A DNA stretch of 64,000 nt from Waddliaceae bacterium. Its GTDB lineage: Bacteria; Chlamydiota; Chlamydiia; Chlamydiales; Waddliaceae. The translations under genes were made by a program, and so were the position numbers. The notes under the pieces are model-generated. The model saw nothing but the letters and a program-made list of their open reading frames with translations. It did no database searches and was not told the DNA's origin. Positions 29,076 through 39,196 of this stretch are shown here, piece by piece. Where the stretch lies: contig CAVRUH010000007.1 of assembly GCA_963724325.1 (NCBI GenBank), positions 416,001-480,000 of the forward strand, given 5' to 3'. Position 1 is the stretch's first letter, and every line of letters starts with the position of its first letter.

Positions 29076-29548
29076 ATAAACAAATCGTCGAACAAGTCCT
29101 CCAAGAGGCATGCAAAACAGGTATTTCCGAATTTTGCATCTGTCCCGGAGGCAGGAATGCCCCTTTTGTTCCGGCACTTTCACAAAAGGGAATCAAATGC
29201 TATTACTGGTTTGAAGAAAGATCAGCAGCTTTTTTTGCCCTAGGAAGATCCCGTTTGACCGAAAAACCTGTCGGAGTCATTGTAACCTCAGGCACTGCCG
29301 TGGCTAATTTGCTTCCTGCAACTATGGAAGCCTATTATACTGGAATTCCACTCCTTCTAATCACTGCTGATCGTCCAAAAAGATTCCGAGGTTCCAATGC
29401 TCCGCAAACATGTGAGCAAGTTGGGCTATTTGGAATGTATGCTCCATTTTCCCAAGACATTGCCGTTAATGAAGCATGCGATTTATCGCAATGGAATCGC
29501 ACATCACCATGTCATCTTAACGTATGCTTCGAGGAGCCGCTGTTATGA
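29072..29548 (+). CDS. menD: MenD N-terminal (Pyr) domain, split gene part 1
   Basis: [47 protein letters not shown]. Confidence 0.88.
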   Translation: MNKQIVEQVLQEACKTGISEFCICPGGRNAPFVPALSQKGIKCYYWFEERSAAFFALGRSRLTEKPVGVIVTSGTAVANLLPATMEAYYTGIPLLLITADRPKRFRGSNAPQTCEQVGLFGMYAPFSQDIAVNEACDLSQWNRTSPCHLNVCFEEPLL

Positions 29549-30540
29549 ATTTAGATTTCAAAAATCCCCTGGTTGTTGTAAGCACATTGTTGAAAAAAGA
29601 TAGGGAAGCCGTTGTACATTTTCTCCTGAAACTCGCCTTTCCTGTGTACCTGGAAGGTGTTTCTGGAATCAGGGAGGAGCCTCGTTTACAGCATCTTCGA
29701 ATTACATACATAGAGAAATTATGGGATATTGATGGTGTTTTGCGAATAGGAGGCGTCCCAACATTTCGCTACTGGCGGGACCTTGAAAACCTTGAAGGAA
29801 AAATTCCGGTATATTCCGTAAGTCATCTCCCTTTTTCAGGATTGAGCTGGGGAAATGTCATTCACTGCGATATCACATCATTCTTAGAATCATTGTGTTG
29901 GGATAAAATTCCTGTCGATCACCCCGCAATTCAAGCGGACCAAAATTTATATCAAGTAACCTTGGAACTCATTCGCGAAGAGCCCAGATCCGAGCAAAGT
30001 CTTGTCCATGCTCTTTCGCTCCAAATTCCCCGCAAATCATTAGTCTATTTGGGGAATAGCATGCCCATTCGAGAATGGGATTCATCTGCAACTTACACAA
30101 ATCGCGAGTTTCAAATATTTGCCTCAAGAGGACTGAACGGAATCGATGGACAAATTTCAACCTTTTTAGGGCTGTGCCAGCCATATCAGGAAAACTGGGC
30201 AATTTTGGGAGATCTTACCACCCTATACGATATGGCAGGTCCTTGGATTCTTCCTCAACTTTCCGATATCAATGTCAACATCGTCGTCATCAATAACGGT
30301 GGAGGAAAAATCTTCGCCGGCATGTTCCCTTATACCGAGATACAAAATCTGCATTCGCACAATTTTGAGCCTCTAGCAAATATGTGGGGACTAAATTATG
30401 AACAATGGGAAATTATCACCCCCATTTCTTCTGCAAAGCAGAATCGACTTATAGAAATAATTCCCGACGATACATCAACAAAACGATTTGCAAAAAAACA
30501 TAAAGAATTATGGCAATATATGCTCTCCACGGTTTCCTAG
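29545..30540 (+). CDS. menD: MenD central and C-terminal (ThDP-binding) domains, split gene part 2
   Basis: [44 protein letters not shown] overlap with a GAGGAG RBS. Confidence 0.88.
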   Translation: MNLDFKNPLVVVSTLLKKDREAVVHFLLKLAFPVYLEGVSGIREEPRLQHLRITYIEKLWDIDGVLRIGGVPTFRYWRDLENLEGKIPVYSVSHLPFSGLSWGNVIHCDITSFLESLCWDKIPVDHPAIQADQNLYQVTLELIREEPRSEQSLVHALSLQIPRKSLVYLGNSMPIREWDSSATYTNREFQIFASRGLNGIDGQISTFLGLCQPYQENWAILGDLTTLYDMAGPWILPQLSDINVNIVVINNGGGKIFAGMFPYTEIQNLHSHNFEPLANMWGLNYEQWEIITPISSAKQNRLIEIIPDDTSTKRFAKKHKELWQYMLSTVS

Positions 30541-31181
30541 GTCTACCCGAAGACTGGAACGACATCTTCCCCAAGGAATTTGAAATATGTGCTCCTAACT
30601 TATTTGGAACAGAAATTACTCCTGTTTCTCAATGGGTCAAAACATTCAATGCAATGGCAAAAGGTCGCAATATCCTTGCGGGCTACTCTATGGGTGGTCG
30701 TCTTGCCCTACATGCTCTGGTGGCCAATCCATCCCAATGGGAAAAGGTAATTATTATCTCGGGGCATCCAGGACACACCATCGAAGAAGAAAAAGAGGAT
30801 CGACTTAAAACTGACACCCTATGGAGCCAAAGATTTCTCTCAGATCCTTGGGACGTTCTAATAAAAGACTGGAATAATCAAGGAGTCTTAAATTCTATCA
30901 ATGTTCATCGCAATGAGACAGATTTTTCCCGAGAAGCTCTCTCAAAAGCTATTTTAAACTGGTCGGTGGGACACCAAACTTGCCTCATTGACGCCATTGA
31001 AAAACTAAACATCCCAATTCTTTGGATCACCGGAGAAAACGATCATAAATACAGTTCTATAAAAATAAAGTTCAAACATCCCGAATCGAAGAAAAGTGTT
31101 GCGCCAAGGTCTGGTCATCGGGTACCATGGCAACAAAAATCATGGTTACAACAAGAGGTAAGGAGCTTTCTATGTCGCTAG
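30510..31181 (+). CDS. menH: SHCHC synthase
   Basis: [20 protein letters not shown]; position in the men cluster. Confidence 0.88.
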   Translation: MAIYALHGFLGLPEDWNDIFPKEFEICAPNLFGTEITPVSQWVKTFNAMAKGRNILAGYSMGGRLALHALVANPSQWEKVIIISGHPGHTIEEEKEDRLKTDTLWSQRFLSDPWDVLIKDWNNQGVLNSINVHRNETDFSREALSKAILNWSVGHQTCLIDAIEKLNIPILWITGENDHKYSSIKIKFKHPESKKSVAPRSGHRVPWQQKSWLQQEVRSFLCR

Positions 31182-32005
31182 TCGCAGAACAAGTTTGGAT
31201 TGAAGTCAAAAAATATGAAGATATCAAATTTCACATGACCGAAGATGGAGTCGCGAAAATCACCATCAATAGACCTCATGTACGCAATGCTTTCAGACCC
31301 GAAACAGTCACCGAAATGCAAGATGCCTTCGAAAGTTGTCGAAACAACCCTGATATTGGAGTCGTCATTCTTACCGGAGAAGGCCCCCTCGCTTTTTGCT
31401 CAGGCGGCGATCAACGAATACGTGGCGACGAGGGCTATGTAGGAAAAGATGGGGTCTCGCGCCTCAACGTTCTCGACCTCCAAAAACAAATTCGCTCCCT
31501 TCCTAAACCAGTCGTAGCAATGGTGGCGGGGTACGCCATTGGCGGCGGCCACGTCCTGCATATCGTCTGTGACCTCACTATCGCCGCTGATAACGCCATT
31601 TTCGGTCAAGTTGGACCCAAAGTTGGTTCTTTTGACGGCGGGCTCGGCAGCAGCTACCTAGCACGCATAGTGGGTCAAAAGAAAGCACGCGAAATTTGGT
31701 TCCTCTGCAGGCAATATAATGCCCAAGAAGCACTTGATATGGGATTGGTCAATACAGTGGTTCCTCTTGCCGAACTCGAAATAGAAACCCTAAAATGGTG
31801 CCGAGAAATGCTGCAACATTCTCCACTTGCTCTCCGTTGCCTTAAAACCGCCCTCAATGCCGATTGCGATGGACAAATGGGTCTACTCGATCTTGCCGGT
31901 AATGCTACTCTTCTCTACTACATGAGCGAAGAAGCTCAAGAGGGAAAACAAGCATTTATCGAAAAAAGAAAACCCGACTTCAGTCAATTCAAGAGACTCC
32001 CATGA
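31172..32005 (+). CDS. menB: 1,4-dihydroxy-2-naphthoyl-CoA synthase
   Basis: [39 protein letters not shown]. Confidence 0.97.
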   Translation: MSLVAEQVWIEVKKYEDIKFHMTEDGVAKITINRPHVRNAFRPETVTEMQDAFESCRNNPDIGVVILTGEGPLAFCSGGDQRIRGDEGYVGKDGVSRLNVLDLQKQIRSLPKPVVAMVAGYAIGGGHVLHIVCDLTIAADNAIFGQVGPKVGSFDGGLGSSYLARIVGQKKAREIWFLCRQYNAQEALDMGLVNTVVPLAELEIETLKWCREMLQHSPLALRCLKTALNADCDGQMGLLDLAGNATLLYYMSEEAQEGKQAFIEKRKPDFSQFKRLP

Positions 32006-32710
32006 TCAAGGATCTTCCTAAAAATAACAGGATATGCATGATCGCAAAGCGGCAGGATAAGAAGGATGGGAAAAAGAATATTTTCATCTTTTCCCATCCT
32101 TCTTATCCTGCCGCTTTGCGATCATGCATATCCTGTTATTTTCTAGGAGATAATATACTCGATTTGGCAAGAGGTAATCTATGAACCCTTGGATCATCGC
32201 TGTAAGGCCGAAAAAGAAAACCCGACTTCAGTCAATTCAAGAGACTCCCATGATCAAGGATCTTCCTAAAAATAACAGGATATGCATGATCGCAAAGCGG
32301 CAGGATAAGAAGGATGGGAAAAAGAATATTTTCATCTTTTCCCATCCTTCTTATCCTGCCGCTTTGCGATCATGCATATCCTGTTATTTTCTAGGAGATA
32401 ATATACTCGATTTGGCAAGAGGTAATCTATGAACCCTTGGATCATCGCTGTAAGGCCGAAAAAGAAAACCCGACTTCAGTCAATTCAAGAGACTCCCATG
32501 ATCAAGGATCTTCCTAAAAATAACAGGATATGCATGATCGCAAAGCGGCAGGATAAGAAGGATGGGAAAAAGAATATTTTCATCTTTTCCCATCCTTCTT
32601 ATCCTGCCGCTTTGCGATCATGCATATCCTGTTATTTTCTAGGAGATAATATACTCGATTTGGCAAGAGGTAATCTATGAACCCTTGGATCATCGCTGTA
32701 AGGCCGAAAA
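31963..32710. repeat. Identical 248-bp tandem triplication of menB 3' end + palindrome + menA 5' end
   Basis: Period 248 (32181/32429/32677). Each unit holds a perfect 54-bp-arm hairpin (first copy 32021-32074 / 32089-32142). Confidence 0.95.
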
Positions 32711-33516
32711 CTCTGACGGCCGCGTTTGTTCCGGTTTTAGTCGGAACTGTCATGGCGCCAGTAATCAACTGGACTATTTCAATTTACGCTCTTGCATGTG
32801 CGATATTAATTCAGATTGGAACAAACCTTGTCAATGACGCAATTGATTTCAAAAAGGGGGCCGATACCCATGAGCGATTAGGCCCTGTCCGTGTCACTCA
32901 AATGGGCCTTCTCAGTGCAAAACAAGTGATGTTCGCGGCCTTAATCTGCTTCATGTTTAGTTTAGCTCTTTGCATTCCACTCATTGAAAGGGGAGGAATC
33001 AATATCTTATTCATTGGCCTTATCTCAATTCTATGTGCCTATACTTATACCGGCGGACCCTATCCCTTGGCCTATTTAGGACTCGGGGAACTTTTCGTGA
33101 TGATCTTTTTTGGATGGATTAGCACCTGCACCGTATTTTACCTGCAGACCGAACACATGAGCGCTCATACCATTGTAGCAGGTACCCAGATAGGATTTCT
33201 CTCCATGCTAGTTATTGCCATTAACAATTTGCGAGACATTAATCAAGATGCCAAAGTCAATAAACGGACCCTCGCTGTTAGGTGCGGCAAGTTTTGGGCT
33301 AAAGTGATGATTTTGGGTTTCTTAGCTGCACCTTATCTCCTAAATTTCATGTGGGGCTTTATTCTCCCGTGGTTAACCCTACCAATTGCCTGCTTGCTGG
33401 GATATAAAATTTGGGTTTCTGAACCAGGACGGATTTATAACACCTTTTTTGGAATGTCAACGATTCTTCATCTGTTGTTTGGATTAGCTCTTGCTGCCGG
33501 ATTCTATTTTAAATGA
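32677..33516 (+). CDS. menA: DHNA prenyltransferase
   Basis: RPKTL, NLVNDAIDFKKGAD, YTGGPYPLAYLGLGE, NNLRDI..D...KRTLAVR. Confidence 0.96.
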   Translation: MNPWIIAVRPKTLTAAFVPVLVGTVMAPVINWTISIYALACAILIQIGTNLVNDAIDFKKGADTHERLGPVRVTQMGLLSAKQVMFAALICFMFSLALCIPLIERGGINILFIGLISILCAYTYTGGPYPLAYLGLGELFVMIFFGWISTCTVFYLQTEHMSAHTIVAGTQIGFLSMLVIAINNLRDINQDAKVNKRTLAVRCGKFWAKVMILGFLAAPYLLNFMWGFILPWLTLPIACLLGYKIWVSEPGRIYNTFFGMSTILHLLFGLALAAGFYFK

Positions 33517-34379
33517 AGATTTTTTACTCTCGCTATCTCCTTGAAGGAATTCCACCATTCAAAAATAGAGAAGGGGCATTATTACTTGTAGAATATAACG
33601 ATGGAAAAATTGGATACTGTGATTGCCACCCTTGGCACGAACTAGGCGACCTCCCTCTAGCGCAACAACTTTCCCTTCTAAACGAGGGAATAACAACACC
33701 ATTAACTGCCCAATCTCTCACCTTTGCAAAAATCGACGCGAATGCTCGTGTGAACAAATGCAACCTATTTACAAACCTTAAAATTCCATTGAGCCACTAT
33801 CTCGTGAAATCATTCGAAGAACCTATTCCCGAACAGTTTACCACAGTAAAAATCAAGGGGCGTGATAATCTTCCGGAATATCTTAAAGCATTGCCCAAAG
33901 CTGTAAAAATTCGACTCGACTTCAATAATAGCCACAATCATGCATCCTTTTTAAAAATTCTCGATGGCCTCCTTGAGTTTAAAGACCAAATAGATTTCAT
34001 TGAAGACCCCTTTCCATACGAGCACAATCAATGGAATTCAATTTCTATCCCATTAGCGACAGATTTCCAGCCTCTAAAAGGACCAATTTCTATTTTTAAA
34101 CCTGCAGTTGACAGTATCGATCTCTTTCAACATTGCGATCGGATCATTGTCACCAGCTACCTAGATCACCCCTTAGGACAGCTCGGAGCTGCCTATACAG
34201 CTGCAAACCTCAAAAATAGCGAAGTATGCGGCCTGCTTTCTCACCTGGTATATAAACTCAACGCTTTCAGTGAAAGAATTACAAATCAAGGTCCTCAATT
34301 AATTCCACCAAACGAGGGCACAGGCTTTGGATTTAATGATCTTCTCGAAAAACTTACATGGAGATCCATTCATGATTAA
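33513..34379 (+). CDS. menC: o-succinylbenzoate synthase
   Basis: REGALL, KIK, RLDFN, FIEDP enolase-superfamily motifs; between menA and menE. Confidence 0.8.
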   Translation: MKIFYSRYLLEGIPPFKNREGALLLVEYNDGKIGYCDCHPWHELGDLPLAQQLSLLNEGITTPLTAQSLTFAKIDANARVNKCNLFTNLKIPLSHYLVKSFEEPIPEQFTTVKIKGRDNLPEYLKALPKAVKIRLDFNNSHNHASFLKILDGLLEFKDQIDFIEDPFPYEHNQWNSISIPLATDFQPLKGPISIFKPAVDSIDLFQHCDRIIVTSYLDHPLGQLGAAYTAANLKNSEVCGLLSHLVYKLNAFSERITNQGPQLIPPNEGTGFGFNDLLEKLTWRSIHD

Positions 34380-35433
34380 TTGGGAAAATAACCAAACAGA
34401 AATTCTTCTGAATCCAAGATACTCACCAGAAGAATATTCAAGGTTTTATCGATTTCTAGAATCAATTTCTTCATTTAAGGGTCACATGTGGCTTGCTACC
34501 TCCGGCACTTCGGGGCAAACAAAATTTGTTGCCCTATCAAAAGAAGCCATTTTAATTTCTGCTGCATCAGTAAATAATCATCTCGAATCAGATTCGAACG
34601 ACATTTGGCTGAACCCTCTTCCATTATTTCACGTCGGCGGCCTAGGAATAACCGCAAGAGGGCATTTGTCTGGAGCCCATGTTTACCATTGCCAGGAAAA
34701 GTGGAATCCAGACTCCTATTGCAAGTCGTTAAATGAACATAAGGTTACTCTTTCCTCTCTTGTTCCCACACAACTCTATGATTTGGTAAAGTTACAAATG
34801 ACTCCACCAGCCTCATTAAGATCTGTCATTGTTGGGGGAGGAGCGATTGAAACTACCCTTTACGACCAAGCTCAAAAGCTCTCTTGGCCTATACTAACAT
34901 CCTATGGCCTTACCGAATGCTCATCACAAGTTGCCACATCGACTCCAGACACCTCAAAACTAAAAATACTATCGCACGTAAACGTCAAAATTATCGATGG
35001 TCTCATACATATCCAAAGCAAATCATTGCTCACTGCCTATGCCTATCTCGATGAGGGCCTTATTGATCCAAAGAATAACGGATGGCTCAAAACTGAAGAT
35101 AGGGGAGAAATCATTAATGGTTTTCTGACAGTGTTTGGAAGGTCCTCAGATTTCATTAAAATTGGTGGCGAAAGCGTCGATCTATCCGAACTTCGCTCCA
35201 TCCTGTATCAAGTAAAAGACAAACTCAAACTTACTCAGGATATCATTCTAGCAACTGCTCCCGATCCGCGACTCGGGAAAGTCATTCATCTAATAGCTGA
35301 AAAAACCATTCCACAATCTCTAATCGAAGCCTACAATGCCGCAGTCCTTCCATTCGCCAAAATCCGCTCCATCCAAATAGTCCCCGAAATAAAGCGGACA
35401 CCTACTGGCAAGATATATTTGAATAATCCCTAA
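34372..35433 (+). CDS. menE: o-succinylbenzoate-CoA ligase
   Basis: TSGTSG, LPLFHVGG, SLVPTQL, SYGLTECSSQV, RTPTGKI. Confidence 0.9.
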   Translation: MINWENNQTEILLNPRYSPEEYSRFYRFLESISSFKGHMWLATSGTSGQTKFVALSKEAILISAASVNNHLESDSNDIWLNPLPLFHVGGLGITARGHLSGAHVYHCQEKWNPDSYCKSLNEHKVTLSSLVPTQLYDLVKLQMTPPASLRSVIVGGGAIETTLYDQAQKLSWPILTSYGLTECSSQVATSTPDTSKLKILSHVNVKIIDGLIHIQSKSLLTAYAYLDEGLIDPKNNGWLKTEDRGEIINGFLTVFGRSSDFIKIGGESVDLSELRSILYQVKDKLKLTQDIILATAPDPRLGKVIHLIAEKTIPQSLIEAYNAAVLPFAKIRSIQIVPEIKRTPTGKIYLNNP

Positions 35434-35575
35434 TCAAAGTGGCACTCTGTTTTGCCAGTGATTGAGCTATAATTACACCGTTGGTAGCCAAACTTAGTGC
35501 GGAATAGGAAAAACTTATTATTTTTTTGCATCTGCGTCCAATAGCGATCACAAACATATCTTGTATGCATAGTTT
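35379..35575. repeat. Long target-site duplication, left copy
   Basis: Identical to 37224-37419 except one extra C in a C-run. Confidence 0.93.
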
Positions 35576-37223
35576 CCTGACTTCTGCCATTTAGTGCGGT
35601 TTCAGAAATTCAACAAGTTTACTTTCATTAAAATCTTTCATGTTGGTTTGTAATGTAATGGTTTTTCCTGTTAATTCGTCCTTGATGTGAGCTTCTTGAA
35701 CATTCCAGAGAATATCTCGCACTCTTCGCAAAGATAGACCTGTTTTAATTTCCAAAAATTTTCCCATCATTAGTCCCATGAAGCAGAGCAAGACATGAGC
35801 TTTAATAGCATCGTGTGTATGATGAAAAATTGGACGAGCTTTAAGATCTGTTTTTGACATGCGAAATGCTTGTTCCACATTCCAAAGCGCATGATAGTAT
35901 TCAATAACTTGAATATTTGATAAAATGCCTTCAGAAATATTTGTGCAGTACCCTTTAATACCAATAAGTTTTTTTGCCTTCTCTTCTAATTCTTTATTTA
36001 AAACAAATGCATCATTATGGGCTTTTGATTTTTTGACAAATTTGGCTCGTTTTCCTGATTCCTGCTTTACAATTATCTCTTGGGCTTTCATGATTTGTTT
36101 TTCAAATTCATATTGATCTTTCTTTGCTCGTTTTTCCGAGTAAGAACAGACTATCTCGTAAGAACGATTAGGATAAGGTAAACGAATGATATCTCCTTCT
36201 TTCTTTTTCAATCGTGATGTAATTAATTCAATAAAAGCTTTCGAACCATTTGCAAGCCGAGCACCTACAATATATTGATAGTTTTCAGCCTCCAGAAGAT
36301 CCATATTTTCTTGAGAAAGCATGGCGGCATCAGCAACAATGATCGGCTTACAATTGGAATGATGTTTTTGAAATACCTTAACTACATCCAGCATTGTATG
36401 TCCTTCAAAAGTGTTCCCTTTGTAGATTTCATGCCTAAGAGGAAACCCTTGTTGAGTTACTAGCAATCCTACAACAATTTGCGGTTGTTTTGATTTGTCA
36501 TCTTTGGAAAATCCTCGAGCTCTTAGCTCATCATTAGGTTCGTGGCTTTCAAAGTACAAAGTCGTGACATCATAGAGAACAAGAGCAAACGACTCGTTAA
36601 AATGTACTTTAGCAGTATGATAGGCTGCATTTTCAATAGCATCTTTGTGCTCTAAAAGCTTGGGAAGTAAACGATAGACAGATCGTTCTGCGTAAGATAT
36701 TTCAAAATAATTTTCCAATAATTCAATTGTGCGTAATTTTGAAGCAGGCTCTACTATACGCATCAAAGCAAGATCTTGATATAAAGGATGAAGAAATGCC
36801 AATCCACATAATTGAGAGCATTTTTTCAAGGCTAAATGAGCAAAGCGATGGGTGATTGAAGTTAATTGTAAATGGTCTACATGTAGGATCTTTGAGGGTT
36901 TTTCTATTATTGAAAAAAGAGAGGGTTGAAGAGATAGTTGTTCTCTTACAATTTCAGCCTCTTGATAAAGCACAGCTAATTCATCATCAGTATGAGAGCT
37001 ACCAATATGACGAATGATAATACGTTTGCCTTGGGCGTAACGAATTATTTGTACAGCAATCGCACCGGATGAAGTGCGAACTTTTCGAATAGAAAGATTT
37101 CCCCGCATCTACTAAAAATAGAGCTTAGTGCGGTTTTTTGCACTAAGAAAAATTGCAACCCATTGCAAATCAAACCTCTTTTTTTGGATATTTGAGGATA
37201 TTCAAATTTTGGCAGAAGTCAGG
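35576..37223 (-). mobile_element. IS1634-family insertion sequence
   Basis: 14-bp terminal inverted repeats CCTGACTTCTGCCA / TGGCAGAAGTCAGG; IS1634-type transposase; long direct repeats. Confidence 0.93.
35591..37108 (-). CDS. IS1634-family DDE transposase
   Basis: LYDVTTLYFE, GFSKD, PQIVVGL, VADAAMLS, YHALWNVEQAFRMSKTDL.ARPIFH. Confidence 0.95.
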   Translation of the reverse strand: MRGNLSIRKVRTSSGAIAVQIIRYAQGKRIIIRHIGSSHTDDELAVLYQEAEIVREQLSLQPSLFSIIEKPSKILHVDHLQLTSITHRFAHLALKKCSQLCGLAFLHPLYQDLALMRIVEPASKLRTIELLENYFEISYAERSVYRLLPKLLEHKDAIENAAYHTAKVHFNESFALVLYDVTTLYFESHEPNDELRARGFSKDDKSKQPQIVVGLLVTQQGFPLRHEIYKGNTFEGHTMLDVVKVFQKHHSNCKPIIVADAAMLSQENMDLLEAENYQYIVGARLANGSKAFIELITSRLKKKEGDIIRLPYPNRSYEIVCSYSEKRAKKDQYEFEKQIMKAQEIIVKQESGKRAKFVKKSKAHNDAFVLNKELEEKAKKLIGIKGYCTNISEGILSNIQVIEYYHALWNVEQAFRMSKTDLKARPIFHHTHDAIKAHVLLCFMGLMMGKFLEIKTGLSLRRVRDILWNVQEAHIKDELTGKTITLQTNMKDFNESKLVEFLKPH

Positions 37224-37419
37224 AGTCCCGAAATAAAGCGGACACCTACTGGCAAGATATATTTGAATAATCCCTAATCAAAGTGGCACTCTGTTTTGCC
37301 AGTGATTGAGCTATAATTACACCGTTGGTAGCCAAACTTAGTGCGGAATAGGAAAAACTTATTATTTTTTTGCATCTGCGTCCAATAGCGATCACAAACA
37401 TATCTTGTATGCATAGTTT
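37224..37419. repeat. Long target-site duplication, right copy
   Basis: Matches 35379-35575. Confidence 0.93.
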
Positions 37420-38305
37420 GTTTCATCTTTTCATATCCATCTTTCATATAAAATAGGACTTGTTCAGCTCCTTTTCGACTCAAAAGATATGCAGAACCCG
37501 TTGTGCACTCCTGGTATGACCTCAACAAAAGATCGTCAAATTCCCTAATTTCATGGTATTTGCTGGCATTTAACAAGCAAATTTCATAGTCGTAATTGCG
37601 ATCAAAAAATAATTTTAATCGTGCCAAGTTTCCATCAATGTCGGCTGTGAAGGTGACATCATCTTCAAAAATAACAGCGTGTTGATGAGGAGATTTTAAG
37701 TAATGTTCAACAATATTAGCATGGCTTTTAGTACACCCTAACATCAAATCAATTAATTTGTCACCTGTAACAGTTTCGCGTTGTGCTATATAGTGATAAA
37801 TCCGATTTAAAGGAACATGCATCTTGCAAAGCTCAGAAAGAGTTTCCTGATATCGATCCTTACGCTCTTCTAAATTGATGACATATATTATTCCTACAGG
37901 TTCCCAAGCGGGGTCATATTCGACTTTAGTATGCACAACATCCTTATAATAAAGAGGGTGGCGCCATATCTTGTTAAGGTAAGGAAGATTATTGTGCGCA
38001 TGATGATAATTACCATAGACGATGACTAATTCATTATCTTTGGGTTCGCGATGTGGATCTGTTGAGGCAATAATCTCTTTACCTTGACTCCTCAATCCCT
38101 CAATGATTTTATTGCTATGTGCAATAACATGTTCATTGACCAATAAGCAATCAAAATACTTATATTGTTGCGCTGCCTCCGCATATCTTTTCTCGTTAGA
38201 CAATTCATTGATTTTTTCCAAAATCACTTTAGCATTTTCAATTGCTGCAAAGAGGTTGGAAGCAGAAAAGAAGAGAAACAAAAAAAAGACCCTTAAAGTA
38301 ATCAT
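37274..38305 (-). CDS. Glycosyltransferase family 25-like protein with signal peptide
   Basis: YVINLEERKDR, GCTKSH, IFEDDV, AYLLSRKGA, DRYW. Confidence 0.8.
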   Translation of the reverse strand: MITLRVFFLFLFFSASNLFAAIENAKVILEKINELSNEKRYAEAAQQYKYFDCLLVNEHVIAHSNKIIEGLRSQGKEIIASTDPHREPKDNELVIVYGNYHHAHNNLPYLNKIWRHPLYYKDVVHTKVEYDPAWEPVGIIYVINLEERKDRYQETLSELCKMHVPLNRIYHYIAQRETVTGDKLIDLMLGCTKSHANIVEHYLKSPHQHAVIFEDDVTFTADIDGNLARLKLFFDRNYDYEICLLNASKYHEIREFDDLLLRSYQECTTGSAYLLSRKGAEQVLFYMKDGYEKMKQTMHTRYVCDRYWTQMQKNNKFFLFRTKFGYQRCNYSSITGKTECHFD

Positions 38306-38366
38306 GAGGATACTCCAATTTTTTTCACAACTTTGCCAAATTTCTATAAAAATTGCAATATATTTA

Positions 38367-38903
38367 CTATTTCATCTTAGAGGACAGTTTAAGCATAGGG
38401 CCATCCACGACAAAATTTCCTTCGCCGCAATGGTGGATTGTTTTAGGCCTTGTTTTCAAGGTGGATATCCAGGCCTTGCGGACCTCAAGAATAAAGATGT
38501 TATATTTTGTTGCCATTTTCGTATCAATCACCACGCATTCTAGGTTGGCAAAGCACTCATCGATAAGAGGCGCCTGTACAACTGAAGCTGGAGCCTTTGT
38601 GAGATTGAATTTCTTAAATTTATCTAGGTTTCTCCCGGATGTATTTCCTACTTTGACAACTGCTTCAGCAAGCTTTACACTAGGAATATTGATCACGCAT
38701 TCTTTGGTCTCTTTAAGGATATCAAAAGAATAGTCGCGGTTGCTCATGACAATTCCAACTATAGGGGGGTCAAAATCGATCATCATATGCCATGACATAG
38801 TCATCACATTTTCTTTCCCTTTGTGTGCAGTGGTGACCAGCACGACAGGTCCCGGTTCAAGCAACTTGTATACTTCAGCAAGAGGGAGTGATTTTTTTGT
38901 CAT
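38367..38903 (-). CDS. Flavin reductase-like (DIM6/NTAB) protein
   Basis: LLEPGPVVLVTT, NVMTMSWHM, GNTSGRNLDKF, APLIDECFANLEC. Confidence 0.9.
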   Translation of the reverse strand: MTKKSLPLAEVYKLLEPGPVVLVTTAHKGKENVMTMSWHMMIDFDPPIVGIVMSNRDYSFDILKETKECVINIPSVKLAEAVVKVGNTSGRNLDKFKKFNLTKAPASVVQAPLIDECFANLECVVIDTKMATKYNIFILEVRKAWISTLKTRPKTIHHCGEGNFVVDGPMLKLSSKMK

Positions 38904-39196
38904 AATTTTTGTCCTGTCGATTTTGCAATCTCATGCATTGGCGAAGGTTCACGACAGCGACTTCTCGTTAAAATATCGATTTTTTGTTCCCCGAATATGG
39001 GCCATATTAAGGCACGCATTTTTAATTTTGCTGCTACGGTCCCTTTTTCTAAATCAGTTTCGATATAGAGATCAATATCCCCACCCTTTTTGGCGTCATC
39101 AACGCGCGAACCAAACACCCAAATATCAGCATTAGCACCAAAAGCCTTGTGCGTTGCATCTGTCAGACAATCAATCTGCTGTTTCGTCAGCCTCAA
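38900..39196 (-). CDS. Minimal nucleotidyltransferase (MNT) antitoxin
   Basis: VFGSRVDDAKKGGDIDLYIE; TTG start overlapping the HEPN stop. Confidence 0.88.
   Translation of the reverse strand: MRLTKQQIDCLTDATHKAFGANADIWVFGSRVDDAKKGGDIDLYIETDLEKGTVAAKLKMRALIWPIFGEQKIDILTRSRCREPSPMHEIAKSTGQKL

Noticed and set aside
29524..29548. menD as a frameshifted pseudogene
   Set aside because: The break falls at the domain boundary with ATGA coupling and an RBS, and the rest of the pathway is intact
31963..32710. CRISPR array interpretation of the tandem repeat
   Set aside because: Units are fully identical 248-mers with no unique spacers, derive from menB/menA, and no cas genes are present
35402..35590. 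62-aa minus-strand ORF
   Set aside because: Alternative-frame reading of the target duplication plus the IS end
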